A stretch of DNA of 64,000 nucleotides from Escherichia coli (GTDB lineage Bacteria > Pseudomonadota > Gammaproteobacteria > Enterobacterales > Enterobacteriaceae), in NCBI RefSeq assembly GCF_051903065.1, contig NZ_CP178438.1; one strand, 5' to 3'. The first letter of the stretch is position 1. Each line of letters starts with the position of its first letter. The notes under the pieces were generated by a model, which ran no database searches, was not told the DNA's origin, and saw only the letters and a list, made by a program, of their open reading frames with translations. A program made the translations under genes and the position numbers. Positions 34,217 to 48,120 of this stretch are shown in pieces.

Positions 34217-35440
34217 ATGAATGCCATACAGCAGCATGCTGCAGCGCTTCTGGATAGTGTTGCACGATGGAATGAAGTGACGACTCTGGCTAAATTACGC
34301 TATCAGGCCGAGCTGGCACCTGATTTCAGCCTCATGGACTGGCTGAAGAATGACGAACTGGCCCTTTCACGCTATCTACGATTTTTGCTTTCTCCTGATG
34401 AAACTCATGGTCAGTCATCACTGTTTCTAAAGGGATTTCTCTCCCTCATTGAAAAGAGTGGGCACGATAGCCCTATAACCACCGGAGGTAGCCATCATAA
34501 AGTCAGGGTTGATTATGAAGTCACTATTGAAAACAGAAGAAAGATAGACCTGTTGATGACATCTTCAGAGGGTTTTATTGCTATCGAAAATAAGCCATGG
34601 GCAGCAGATCAGGAAAATCAGTTACGGGATTATGCATTATGGCTGAACAAATGTGAAAGACCATGGAAGTTAATTTATTTATGCAATCAGGATCCGGGAG
34701 AGTGGACTCTTCCTGGCAATACTCCGGAAGCACTGAAGCAACATATCCTAACGATATCCTGGCATGAAGTCGTCAAATGGCTGAACGAATGTTTATTGCA
34801 TGTTCGGGCAGGTGCGGTCAAAATATTTGTTGAATCATTGATTAAATATATCAACCAGTCAATTAATGGTGAGTTCATAATGGATAATAGTCGTGAGTTG
34901 TCAGAAATCATCCGCAAGGATAGCTACTCTATAGAATCGGCATTTATGATTTTTAACCAGATGAATGAGGTTCGCAACGATTTATTCAAAGAGTTTATTT
35001 CTGATTTAAATGCCAGTTTCATTAATCATCCTTATTCTATTGAAACCTCGGATGGGGACCTATCGAAACGTGGGGCTAATTTTTATATCCCATTAAGCCC
35101 GGATGGTAATTACTCTTTGTGCTGGGAGTTTGAATATTCAGGTTATTATGGTTTATTTTTTGGCATTTCGGGAGTGAGTCTGGTTGAAGGTCAATCTGCA
35201 AAAATAGCTGCTGCCATGTCAGAGATATTTCCACACACGCAGGGTAAATCCAGCGAATACTGGTCATGGTGGAGCAGGGGTTTAGATCTGCAAGGGAAAA
35301 ATCGCATTCCTAGAGACTGGGGTAATGATGGAGCGGTTTGGGCGAAGCTCCGTGAGCGTGATGCAGACAGCATTTTTGCAGCCACCCGTGAAGCGATTCT
35401 GGCCGTTCATGAAAAGCTGGATATGGACTTATTGCGTTAA
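34217..35440 (+). CDS. Hypothetical protein with PD-(D/E)xK nuclease-like motif
   Basis: 407 aa; KIDLLMTSSEGFIAIENKPW fits the D-x(n)-E-x-K restriction-endonuclease-fold pattern around residues 110-126; no other recognisable domain. Confidence 0.5.
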   Translation: MNAIQQHAAALLDSVARWNEVTTLAKLRYQAELAPDFSLMDWLKNDELALSRYLRFLLSPDETHGQSSLFLKGFLSLIEKSGHDSPITTGGSHHKVRVDYEVTIENRRKIDLLMTSSEGFIAIENKPWAADQENQLRDYALWLNKCERPWKLIYLCNQDPGEWTLPGNTPEALKQHILTISWHEVVKWLNECLLHVRAGAVKIFVESLIKYINQSINGEFIMDNSRELSEIIRKDSYSIESAFMIFNQMNEVRNDLFKEFISDLNASFINHPYSIETSDGDLSKRGANFYIPLSPDGNYSLCWEFEYSGYYGLFFGISGVSLVEGQSAKIAAAMSEIFPHTQGKSSEYWSWWSRGLDLQGKNRIPRDWGNDGAVWAKLRERDADSIFAATREAILAVHEKLDMDLLR

Positions 35441-35484
35441 TTATTTGATCGTTTTCAGAAAATGCCTGAAGTGAGAGAGGGGAC

Positions 35485-36021
35485 ATGGATAATATCGAAG
35501 ACAGCGTTCCGCTTGGTATACAGCAGTTGATTGATGCTGAGAACGACGGGAAGATTTGGCTAAACAGTATTCCGGTCGTGAACGAGCTGTTGGATGATTT
35601 GCAGCGCGTGGCGTGGCATGTGCGAATTCAACAGGCAAAACATGAGATAACGGCGCACAAAAGCGCGTATTTGGTGAATGCCAAAATCAGCGAACTGGTG
35701 CAGATCTTCGAGGGGCGGAATCCGGCTTATGCTGTCCTGCCGTGGAATACCGATCCCCACCAGATGAAAGCATATATTACGAAACAGGACGACTACTGGG
35801 GAGACGATGCCGACGTTACCCATGATGATGCCTTGCCGCGATTACTCGATTGCTGTGCCGCTGCGGCAACTTTTGGCGTTGAGTCGCTATTGCCAGACTG
35901 CCCTGAGATATTCCGCAGTAGCAAAGAACAAGTTCTCGCTGACCTGTCTGAGCAGCGCTATCTGGCTGGCGCATTACTGATGGGGGTGCCAGTAGATATA
36001 TTTATCCAGATGGTGGGCTAA
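35485..36021 (+). CDS. Hypothetical protein (178 aa), 45 bp downstream of the PD-(D/E)xK gene
   Basis: ORF with GAGAGAGG RBS-like sequence upstream; no recognised motif. Confidence 0.45.
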   Translation: MDNIEDSVPLGIQQLIDAENDGKIWLNSIPVVNELLDDLQRVAWHVRIQQAKHEITAHKSAYLVNAKISELVQIFEGRNPAYAVLPWNTDPHQMKAYITKQDDYWGDDADVTHDDALPRLLDCCAAAATFGVESLLPDCPEIFRSSKEQVLADLSEQRYLAGALLMGVPVDIFIQMVG

Positions 36022-36454
36022 ATAAACCCTAAGACCGCTACACTTTTGCCAATCCAAGTTTACTTCCGGTTTCCATGAAGTGGTGAACCTTTTTCAACAG
36101 CAGCACATTGAACGACATTGGTGATTGCGAGTTATCGTGTCATGAAAAGCTTGCCATAGTCTGCTCAGTAATTGAATAACTGTAATCCTGTGGCTTTTGG
36201 CTATATCAGTTGGAGTAAGCTGGTTGAAGGAGCGCTCATAACCGATTTTATTGAGAACCGTGAACAAGGCCGGGAATCCTTTCCGGGATTGTGAGGGGTT
36301 GAGCAAGCCTACGGGCGCGGTAGTGTTTTTTACACCAGCCCGGAACAGTTTGGAAACCAGAGCTTCGTTTAGGGTTGTGTCTATTGTTGGTGGGTAAGAT
36401 CATTTTTTGTGTTTAGTCAGCCAGCATCATATGAATTTAACCGAGTGAGCAGCA

Positions 36455-37300
36455 ATGGGGATTTTCAATAGAATCAAAAAGGCTCTTGGTTTGGAAGTGC
36501 GAAAGGGGTTTCGACGCTGGTCCACTTCTGAGCTTGAAGAGAAGAAGGCTTATCTAGAAAACAAGTCCGCAGAAGAGTTCACTGCAAAAGATCACCATCT
36601 GTCGGCAGAATGGGTCATTCAACGTTATTTACCAGTAGGTGAAGAGCCTACACCCGAACAATGGTCAGAGGTCTCTGGTGACATTCAGCAGAAAATTGAC
36701 ATCAATTTAAATAAGGCTGCTGCGGGTGAACTCCTTAAAACTGAGTATATGCAACCCGCTCGCTATACCCTCACCAAGGACGACTTCCTAAGTGATATAG
36801 TGCCCGCTTTCTCAAGGTTTGATTGGCTACCAAATCCTCATTCAAAGGATTGGCAAGGCCGCGAAATCTGGGAATCGCTCTATGAATTTACTCAGCCGTA
36901 TTCTTTTAAGCATGGTGAAGCAAAAGATGCTCTGATGAGTATCTGTGACACCTACCAGGCTATGCACCTAGTAATGGATCTAGCGCGGACATACTCTCAA
37001 ATTTGCCAAGCGCAGCTTGATGGCTCGACGAGGATTAAGGTGGTTTGTTCTGGCAAGCATTGTGATGACTGCATGACTCTTGTTGGCACGAAACTGGGCG
37101 TTGATGAACTGCTAGCTACATTTAAGAATGGAGTTCCAAAATTTCCTCATCCTTTGCATTATGAAGATGAAGTTCGTTGGTGCCCGGCACCATTTCTATC
37201 GCCGGAGAGCCCACTTAAGGATGACGATGATCCAGAGTTTCATGCCTTTTTAGTTGATCTGTTTGATGGACCAGAGAAGCACAAAGACAAATCAAATTGA
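36455..37300 (+). CDS. Hypothetical protein (281 aa) with Cys cluster CSGKHCDDC
   Basis: ORF with acidic C-terminus; possible metal-binding Cys cluster; no recognised family. Confidence 0.45.
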   Translation: MGIFNRIKKALGLEVRKGFRRWSTSELEEKKAYLENKSAEEFTAKDHHLSAEWVIQRYLPVGEEPTPEQWSEVSGDIQQKIDINLNKAAAGELLKTEYMQPARYTLTKDDFLSDIVPAFSRFDWLPNPHSKDWQGREIWESLYEFTQPYSFKHGEAKDALMSICDTYQAMHLVMDLARTYSQICQAQLDGSTRIKVVCSGKHCDDCMTLVGTKLGVDELLATFKNGVPKFPHPLHYEDEVRWCPAPFLSPESPLKDDDDPEFHAFLVDLFDGPEKHKDKSN

Positions 37301-37389
37301 AATCTACGTCAGGAATAGAGCCAATAGAAATGTTGAAGGGGAGGCCAGATCAAATGCAATTATGCCCTTATCTGGGTAGTGACTCCAAC

Positions 37390-37893
37390 TTATTGATAGT
37401 GTTTTATGTTCAGATAATGCCCGATGACTTTGTCATGCAGCTCCACCGATTTTGAGAACGACAGCGACTTCCGTCCCAGCCGTGCCAGGTGCTGCCTCAG
37501 ATTCAGGTTATGCCGCTCAATTCGCTGCGTATATCGCTTGCTGATTACGTGCAGCTTTCCCTTCAGGCGGGATTCATACAGCGGCCAGCCATCCGTCATC
37601 CATATCACCACGTCAAAGGGTGACAGCAGGCTCATAAGACGCCCCAGCGTCGCCATAGTGCGTTCACCGAATACGTGCGCAACAACCGTCTTCCGGAGCC
37701 TGTCATACGCGTAAAACAGCCAGCGCTGGCGCGATTTAGCCCCGACATAGCCCCACTGTTCGTCCATTTCCGCGCAGACGATGACGTCACTGCCCGGCTG
37801 TATGCGCGAGGTTACCGACTGCGGCCTGAGTTTTTTAAGTGACGTAAAATCGTGTTGAGGCCAACGCCCATAATGCGGGCTGTTGCCCGGCAT
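37390..37893 (-). CDS. insB: IS1 transposase InsB
   Basis: 167-aa ORF identical to copy A InsB. Confidence 0.9.
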   Translation of the reverse strand: MPGNSPHYGRWPQHDFTSLKKLRPQSVTSRIQPGSDVIVCAEMDEQWGYVGAKSRQRWLFYAYDRLRKTVVAHVFGERTMATLGRLMSLLSPFDVVIWMTDGWPLYESRLKGKLHVISKRYTQRIERHNLNLRQHLARLGRKSLSFSKSVELHDKVIGHYLNIKHYQ

Positions 37894-38087
37894 CCAACGC
37901 CATTCATGGCCATATCAATGATTTTCTGGTGCGTACCGGGTTGAGAAGCGGTGTAAGTGAACTGCAGTTGCCATGTTTTACGGCAGTGAGAGCAGAGATA
38001 GCGCTGATGTCCGGCAGTGCTTTTACCGTTACGCACCACGCCTTCAGTAGCTGAACAGGAGGGACAGCTGATAGAAACAGAAGCCAC
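37812..38087 (-). CDS. insA: IS1 InsA
   Basis: 91-aa [21 protein letters not shown]...NTILRHLK. Confidence 0.9.
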   Translation of the reverse strand: MASVSISCPSCSATEGVVRNGKSTAGHQRYLCSHCRKTWQLQFTYTASQPGTHQKIIDMAMNGVGCRATARIMGVGLNTILRHLKNSGRSR

Positions 38088-38257
38088 TGGAGCACCTCAA
38101 AAACACCATCATACACTAAATCAGTAAGTTGGCACCATTACCAGAAATAGTGACCAATAACTATTTATGTAAATTACATTAAAAACAAAAAAAATACTGC
38201 GCTCTTTATTTTTTACTTATTATCTGATAAAGTATCCCTCGTAGATTTATATAGGGG

Positions 38258-39580
38258 ATGATTATGCGCAAGTATTATTATTTTTTTATATATTCCGTAA
38301 TATCTTTTAATTCCATAGCAGCAGATCCACAAGTGAAACAAGATGATGGGGTGGGTAGTGATTCTTTTTTTATTACAAGTTCTTCTAACACACCAACCAA
38401 GAAAGAAAATGTACAGGGGACTAATTCTGTTGCTATTGGCAATAATGTTCAGATTAAGAAGGGAGATGGTTCAGATCTCAAAAATATGAGTGACGGTTCA
38501 GTAGCTATTGGAAATGGTGCCTCAACTATGTATGAAGGAACTACTGCTGTGGGTAAAGGGGCAAAAGCAACTGGCTGGCGCTCAACAGCAATTGGAGTGG
38601 GTGCGACCACAAATGCTGAATCAGCTACAGCCATGGGTAATGGTGCAAATGCCAATAACTGGGGGGCTAGCGCATACGGGACTATCGCAAAAGCAACGGG
38701 TACAAACTCAACAGCAATAGGTAATGCAGCTCAAAGTTCAGGAGAACTTTCTACAGCATTAGGTGTTTCATCACAAAGTACTGGGCATTATTCAGCAGCG
38801 CTAGGTACTTTATCTAAGGCTGAAGGATATGGTTCTGTTGCTACCGGCCTTCATGCTAATGCAAAATCTCAATATGGTATTGCACTCGGTTCATATTCAG
38901 TCGCTGATCGTGCCGCACTTGATGATACAATGTTGGGAGCTATTTCTGTAGGCGGTACAGCTAATGACACTCTAGGGTACAGGACACGTCAAATTATTAA
39001 CCTTGCAGCAGGGACAGAAGATAATGATGCCGTGAATGTATCACAACTTAAGAAAGAGGCAGGAGAAAGAGTTGCGGGCGATGCAGCTACCTTAACAGCA
39101 GCTAAGAATTACAGCGATGCTGGTAATAAACAAACGCTGAAAACAGCTAATGAATATAGCGACGCTGGCGATGCGAAAACATTACAGACAGCAAAGAATT
39201 ATAGTGACACCGGAGACGAGAGAACACTGAACAGTGCTAATAATTATACCAATACTGCCGTTAAGAAAAGCAATGCCAATACGCTTTATCAGGCAAATCA
39301 GTATACTAATCAGAAGTTCTCTGAATTGCGTAAAGTAGTTGATGAAAATCGTAAACGTTCGGATGCCGGCATTGCCGGAGCTATGGCTATGACGGCGATT
39401 GCACCTGTCCCCTATAAAGATTATTCATTCGGTATGGCTGCAGGTGGCTATCGCGATCAAGGTGCAATTGCGGCAGGGATTAATATCAAAACAAGTGAAA
39501 GCTCGTTAATGAAAGTAAATGCATCTTGGGACAGCCAGAATGGTGGTGGTATTGCGGCTGGTTTTAATGTCGGATGGTAA
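38258..39580 (+). CDS. YadA-like trimeric autotransporter adhesin
   Basis: Signal peptide; head repeats (NSVAIGNN, SVAIGNGA, STAIGVGA, STAIGNAA); neck-like NAVNVSQLK; stalk repeats AKNYSDAG/ANEYSDAG; C-terminal anchor ending GFNVGW. Confidence 0.8.
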   Translation: MIMRKYYYFFIYSVISFNSIAADPQVKQDDGVGSDSFFITSSSNTPTKKENVQGTNSVAIGNNVQIKKGDGSDLKNMSDGSVAIGNGASTMYEGTTAVGKGAKATGWRSTAIGVGATTNAESATAMGNGANANNWGASAYGTIAKATGTNSTAIGNAAQSSGELSTALGVSSQSTGHYSAALGTLSKAEGYGSVATGLHANAKSQYGIALGSYSVADRAALDDTMLGAISVGGTANDTLGYRTRQIINLAAGTEDNDAVNVSQLKKEAGERVAGDAATLTAAKNYSDAGNKQTLKTANEYSDAGDAKTLQTAKNYSDTGDERTLNSANNYTNTAVKKSNANTLYQANQYTNQKFSELRKVVDENRKRSDAGIAGAMAMTAIAPVPYKDYSFGMAAGGYRDQGAIAAGINIKTSESSLMKVNASWDSQNGGGIAAGFNVGW

Positions 39581-39659
39581 AAGATTGCAAGTGGACAATC
39601 GTAAATAATGCTTCAAAAAACGAGATAGTTCAGTAACTAGTCATTTAAATTTCTACCAT

Positions 39660-39689
39660 AACCCCCTCAAATCATTGAGGGGGTTTTTG
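39660..39689 (+). terminator. Rho-independent terminator after adhesin gene
   Basis: CCCCCTCAAATCATTGAGGGGG hairpin followed by TTTTT. Confidence 0.6.
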
Positions 39690-39782
39690 TATATGTTGCA
39701 GAGAGTTTTATCGTAAGACTGAAGCGCCACGGTTTTAACAGCCCCCTCTGAGTCATTAAAAATGGATTAAAGAGAAGTGTCC

Positions 39783-39881
39783 ATGAGCGGTAAGCGTTAT
39801 CCCGAAGAGTTTAAAATTGCAGCGGTAAAAATGTTGCTTACATCTATCTGGCATCAGGAAAATCTGTGCCCAAACGGGTAA
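39783..39881 (+). pseudogene. IS3-family orfA N-terminal fragment
   Basis: MSGKRYPEEFKIAAVKML... typical IS3-family OrfA start, terminates after 32 codons. Confidence 0.4.
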
Positions 39882-40009
39882 TCCGCACACAATCGCCTCA
39901 ACAACTGGACAGGCTCTGAGGCCAATATAATAGTCAGGTTCCGATTGTGCAGGTGCAACCTGTCACCATTTCTCAGTACGCTGCAACTTTTGCTGGCAGG
40001 GGATTAATT

Positions 40010-41026
40010 TCACACTACCTGATATTCGGTCTCATTTCCCAGCATCGACCAGATTATTCGCGCGTTTTTGTTAGCGACCGCCACGGTCGTTTTATTAAAT
40101 CCGCGCCGTTCCTTTAACTGGTTAACCCACTGATTAATATGACTATCATTGTTATTCGTGGCATCCCTGACGACAGCTCGGGCACCATGAATAAAAAGTG
40201 TTCTCAGATGCTTGTCGCCTTTTTTCGTCATATTCATCAGCACCTGCCTGTAGCCACTCGAATGCTGGCGTGGAACCAGACCCAGCCATGCAGCAAAGTG
40301 GCGGCCATTCTTAAATTCAGTTCCTTTGCCAATAGCAGCAACAACGGCCGTGGCCGTTTTAGGGCTAATACCTTTAACTTGGGCGATACGCTGACAGGCT
40401 TCTAATTGCCTGAATACTGTTTCAATTTCCTTATCAAAAAAATGGATCCGACGCTTGAGATCGTTAAAGAGATCATAGAGTTCGGCAATCGTCCTGCGCA
40501 TTCTAACGCTAAGACCATTTTCAGCATCTTCAAGGATAAGCGGTACAGCACGACTAACTCTTGAGACTACCGCGCCAATTGGTTATTCCCCGATCAAGCA
40601 GCAGTCCCCGGATTTGACAGACTGTCGCAGTACGATGATTGACAATACGCTGTCTTGCACGGTGCAGAGCCTGAATATCCTGCTGTTCAGGGCTTTTCGG
40701 TGGAACAAACTGCATCGTAGGTTGCATCAGACCCACAGCAATCGCCTACGCATCGTTACCATCATTTTTTGCCCTCGGACAAAAGGTTTTACATATTGGG
40801 GGCTGATGACTTTTACGTTATGACCCAGTTTCTCAAACTCACGCTGCCAGTAAAATGCCCCGGTGGACGCTTCGCTCCCAATCAGACATGCAGGAATATT
40901 TGCCAGCGTCTGGAGCAATTCTTTTCGGCCAGTGCGTTTCGTAAAAACCGGTTTACCGGCCTAGTTTAACCAGCAGATCTGAAAAACATTTTTAGCCAGA
41001 TCAATACCCAGAAATACGATCTTCAT
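40010..41026 (-). pseudogene. IS110-family transposase pseudogene (one in-frame stop, two frameshifts)
   Basis: Minus strand from 41026: MKIVFLGIDLAKNVFQICWLN then TAG; continues in ORFs 40727..40918, 40554..40736 and 40010..40501 in shifted frames. Confidence 0.75.
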
Positions 41027-41223
41027 GGTGATTCTCCTGGTGAACACATTTCGTATAGTTAACCTTAGAGGGAGGAGGTAGTCCATCCCATTAACTGGAA
41101 GTCCAGATATGACGGCATAGAAAAAATCAAGGTTCTTAAGGACAGAACCACCGTCTCAAACAGATGTTTGCTGACCTGAGTCTGGAAAACCGGGGGCTGA
41201 AAGACATTATCAAAAAAGCTTTA

Positions 41224-44780
<3,557 letters not shown>

Positions 44781-44961
44781 TGACCACTACACCTTTCTCT
44801 GCCAGCCACTCATTCAGTTCATGTTCCAGAGACAGATTGATAATATCGTAATCGGACCTTGCCATTCCCGTTTCCTTAGCACATGTTTTCAGGCATGGGG
44901 ATAAAGTATAAAGAATGTCGTACTGCCGCTGCCAGAGCAATATTCCCCCCTGCTGGTTGTA

Positions 44962-45621
44962 TCAGAGATGGTATGCCGGTATTTTGTGGGTTGTTCCCGT
45001 CAGGTTATCGTGCACCTCCACGGTCGTGGTCACCACCGGCATTCCGGCCTTTCTCAGCCTCAGGACATCAGCCGCAATACGCTGACTGCCAAACCAGAAC
45101 AGGCCGTCCAGTGCAGTCACCAGTAAACCTGCCTCCAGCGCATACTTCAGCCGTTCACGGGGCGCTTTCACTTCCCTGGCAACCTGCTGATATGGCGATG
45201 ATGTGCTTTCATTCCCAACCACGCGACGAATACGGTGAGACAGATGATACCGGTATATATCCGGCACACCAGAAAGACTGGCCTTCAGGCTGTACACGCA
45301 GCCAAACCGTTTATCGTTGAACACCACATTTTTCTGGCTGATGCCCCATTCTTCACGCAGCGCGGCAATCAGTTGTGGTGTCCGGGTAAGCAGCAAGCGA
45401 AAAGGCAGCTCAAAACTGGTGACGTAATCCACATTCAACAATGCAATACGCAGTCGTTCTTCTGGCCCGGCCTCTGTCTGCCGACACTCCTCCAGAACAT
45501 CCTGCCACTGCCGGCGAAGACGGGGCGATTCGTTCCGTTCTGTAAAACAGTATTTATCTGCCAGATAATCAATTCGTGTACGCATACTGAAAAGAATTCC
45601 GTATAAAGATTCAGCAGACAA
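44962..45621 (-). CDS. Hypothetical protein (219 aa), downstream of alpA-like gene
   Basis: ORF only; may be the 3' half of a split gene with 45674..46237. Confidence 0.4.
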   Translation of the reverse strand: MSAESLYGILFSMRTRIDYLADKYCFTERNESPRLRRQWQDVLEECRQTEAGPEERLRIALLNVDYVTSFELPFRLLLTRTPQLIAALREEWGISQKNVVFNDKRFGCVYSLKASLSGVPDIYRYHLSHRIRRVVGNESTSSPYQQVAREVKAPRERLKYALEAGLLVTALDGLFWFGSQRIAADVLRLRKAGMPVVTTTVEVHDNLTGTTHKIPAYHL

Positions 45622-45673
45622 AACTTTATCAGTCTGTAAAAATTAACGGAAGAGTCGATATTTCTCCCGGTCA

Positions 45674-46237
45674 TCACCGGATGATTGTTGCAATAACCAG
45701 TGGCCTCAGAGACTGAACAGCCGTTTTTAACGCAACGTATTGCTCTGATGTATCAGGCCGGGTAACCCGAAAACACCTTTCCACCCGACATTGTCCGCCC
45801 GTATCCATCCCCCGCCAGGTCTGCTGCAGTAAATCCACCACTTGCGAACATTCTTCATCAACTGTCACACTGGCTCGCGGATGGCAGAAAAGCTCCTGGC
45901 TGAACAGCAACAGGCATCGTATTGTTGCTCCTCCATGTTGTTCCCGCAACCAGCGTAATACCACCGGCGAGGATGGACTGGCCGTGTGATTACGCTCAGT
46001 AATACGTTCGTGCACCTGTCGGTAAAAGGAAGTACAGAATGCATGAATCTGTTGCCCGTTGATATTTCCTTCTGCCGAATGGAGTGTGAAGTAAAATGCC
46101 AGCAAATGCGGCCAGTGGTCCACCGCCTGCTGAATAAAACGCCGGATGTCTCCCGGCTCTGAAATTAATGCTTCGGTTATTTGCACGAAATGTTCCTTTT
46201 CAAACCCTGTTGAATTTTGTTCAGCCGGTGCAGACAC
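45674..46237 (-). CDS. Hypothetical protein (187 aa), downstream of alpA-like gene
   Basis: ORF only; no recognised motif. Confidence 0.4.
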   Translation of the reverse strand: MSAPAEQNSTGFEKEHFVQITEALISEPGDIRRFIQQAVDHWPHLLAFYFTLHSAEGNINGQQIHAFCTSFYRQVHERITERNHTASPSSPVVLRWLREQHGGATIRCLLLFSQELFCHPRASVTVDEECSQVVDLLQQTWRGMDTGGQCRVERCFRVTRPDTSEQYVALKTAVQSLRPLVIATIIR

Positions 46238-46428
46238 ACGGGAAGGTGCGCATCAACACCGGTGTAATGCCAGTTATAAACAATGTGAATGGAATGACGA
46301 ATCAGTCAGGAAAGAGCTACAATCTGCTGGCTGACCGGAGAGGGTCAGCAGGAAGATGAACGGTAATGTCGCCAGCACCAGGGACAGGGCTGATTTCCGC
46401 AATACCAGCGCCGACATTGCAACACGTT

Positions 46429-46665
46429 TCATGCTGCTGCTCCTCGTGATTCCTCAATTCGCTGCTGCATCCACTGCTCCACTTCACTTTTGTACCAGCG
46501 GCTGCTGCGCCCCAGCTTGATGGGTTTAGGAAAATGCCCTTCACTGATCAACTTGTAAAACCATTTGTCAGTCATACCGGTGAAGCTGGTGATGTAGTTC
46601 ATGTCGATCAGGGGATCGTCGGCACGCAGCAATACACTGTCGTGGCCTGTTATTGAGGTCAACAT
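46429..46665 (-). CDS. AlpA-family phage/island transcriptional regulator
   Basis: Small HTH protein ...ITSFTGMTDKWFYKLISEGHFPKPIKLGRSSRWYKSEVEQWM, typical AlpA-type sequence; exact start uncertain. Confidence 0.7.
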   Translation of the reverse strand: MLTSITGHDSVLLRADDPLIDMNYITSFTGMTDKWFYKLISEGHFPKPIKLGRSSRWYKSEVEQWMQQRIEESRGAAA

Positions 46666-46733
46666 AGTAAGGATATCCTCTGTGCGATTTATAAAGGTTG
46701 GGCAAATGCGGGTGAATCTGCTGAACTGAGCTT

Positions 46734-47306
46734 TCAGAACTGGCCTGCTACGGGATACCAGGGGTTACCGGCGAGGCAACGGGCTTCCGGATCGCACACA
46801 CCACGACGATCGCGGGCGAAATCACTGAACGCCCAGATCAAATCTTTGAGGATGTCTTCGCAGTCCGGTGAACGACTGTCCAGCACCACATCCCGGGTTA
46901 TCTGTTTCTGGTACGGTGCCGCTTCCCCCGGTGACGCGAAGCCCAGTACGTTGCTCCAGGCATCCAGAATCAGCCGGTCCAGTTCGGGGCCGTCGAAATA
47001 CTCCTGTCTGACGCACAGCACCACGTGGTATTCCGGCTTTTCCGGATGACGGGTCAGGAGCCAGCAAAGGTCGCGTCCGGGTTTCGCATTCATCAGCGCA
47101 CTGACGGTTTCGATAAAATCCATACCAAACCAGGTCTGTCTGCTGTTGAAGGCGTTGTCATGTTCCCACGGCAGACGAAGCAGGATCCGCCGTATCCGTG
47201 AGCCGGACTGCTCACGCAGCGCACGCTCAAGGACGCCGATGACTTTGTTCTGATAAGATGGCCAGAAGGGTGCCAGGCTATAGTCGAAATAAGGGATAGC
47301 ATTCAT
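46734..47306 (-). CDS. YagK/YfjJ-family (inovirus Gp2-like) protein, paralog 1
   Basis: Start MNAIPYFDYSLAPFW at 47306; shares motifs with the other two paralogs (EYHVVLCV / FHAHAVFW / HYHVILLL). Confidence 0.55.
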   Translation of the reverse strand: MNAIPYFDYSLAPFWPSYQNKVIGVLERALREQSGSRIRRILLRLPWEHDNAFNSRQTWFGMDFIETVSALMNAKPGRDLCWLLTRHPEKPEYHVVLCVRQEYFDGPELDRLILDAWSNVLGFASPGEAAPYQKQITRDVVLDSRSPDCEDILKDLIWAFSDFARDRRGVCDPEARCLAGNPWYPVAGQF

Positions 47307-47553
47307 AAGATATGCTCCATTATGCGCAACCCACAACGCGCCCTGCCCGTGAATGAGCTGACGTGTTATGGCTTGCGGATGAGATTGATGGAATAAGTGA
47401 AGAACTGAAGCAGAACGGGAAGATAAGGGACAGAACACCGGATGCAGGTTCAGGGTGAATGATCTCCGTTGACTTCAGTTCACATCATTAATCATCGAGG
47501 TAAGTTTTTACCGACTAAGTGTTTCCGGGCCAGGAAACTCATGATTCAAACTT

Positions 47554-48120
47554 TCAGAAGTGAGGCTTACGAGGACGCCCTGCTGCAGGACGTTCAGGAA
47601 CTTCATTGCAGCCGTAGGCACACAGCCCGTCTTTTTGCTCTTCTTTCGCCAGATAATGCAGGGCACCGCGAATATTATTGATGCTTTCAGGATCGTTGTG
47701 GCGCACAGGAATGTTGATGTTGTATGTATAATGCGGCTGATATGTACAGCGGTGTGCCGAACCGCTGTTATGCGTAATAGACCGCCAGCATTCCGTAATC
47801 CGCTCCGCAAAGGGATATATTTTTTTAACCCTCTGACGATCGATCCAGAAAACCGCATGCGCATGAAAACCATGATCAACCGTCCATTCAATCACCCAGA
47901 AGAAGCCAACGATATTTTCAAATTGTTCTACCTGCTCCAGCAGCATACGCAACTGCAATTCAAGCCAGCGATGATCAGGTTGTAAGAAATCAGGCGTATC
48001 TTTCCTGTAGAAGAAATCCATGCGTAAGGCCCGCAGGCAGGAATAGCGTGCCATCATTTGATTGATGTGATTGTCAAGTAAAGCGGTAAAAAACCAGTTT
48101 GGTGTATAAGATTTAGGCAT
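47554..48120 (-). CDS. YagK/YfjJ-family protein, paralog 2
   Basis: 188-aa ORF with FHAHAVFWIDRQ His-hydrophobic-His motif. Confidence 0.55.
   Translation of the reverse strand: MPKSYTPNWFFTALLDNHINQMMARYSCLRALRMDFFYRKDTPDFLQPDHRWLELQLRMLLEQVEQFENIVGFFWVIEWTVDHGFHAHAVFWIDRQRVKKIYPFAERITECWRSITHNSGSAHRCTYQPHYTYNINIPVRHNDPESINNIRGALHYLAKEEQKDGLCAYGCNEVPERPAAGRPRKPHF

Larger units (their letters stand above)
37375..38142 (-). mobile_element. IS1, copy C (768 bp), inverted relative to copy B
   Basis: Ends GGTAGTGACTCCAAC... (37375) and ...GTTGGCACCATTACC (38142); terminal repeats differ slightly from copy A. Confidence 0.93.

Noticed and set aside
33160-38142. IS1 B/C pair as a proven composite transposon
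   Set aside because: Outer 9-bp flanks (cagctatgt / agaaatagt) are not a duplication, so a single transposition event is not demonstrated; kept only as composite-like architecture in the findings.
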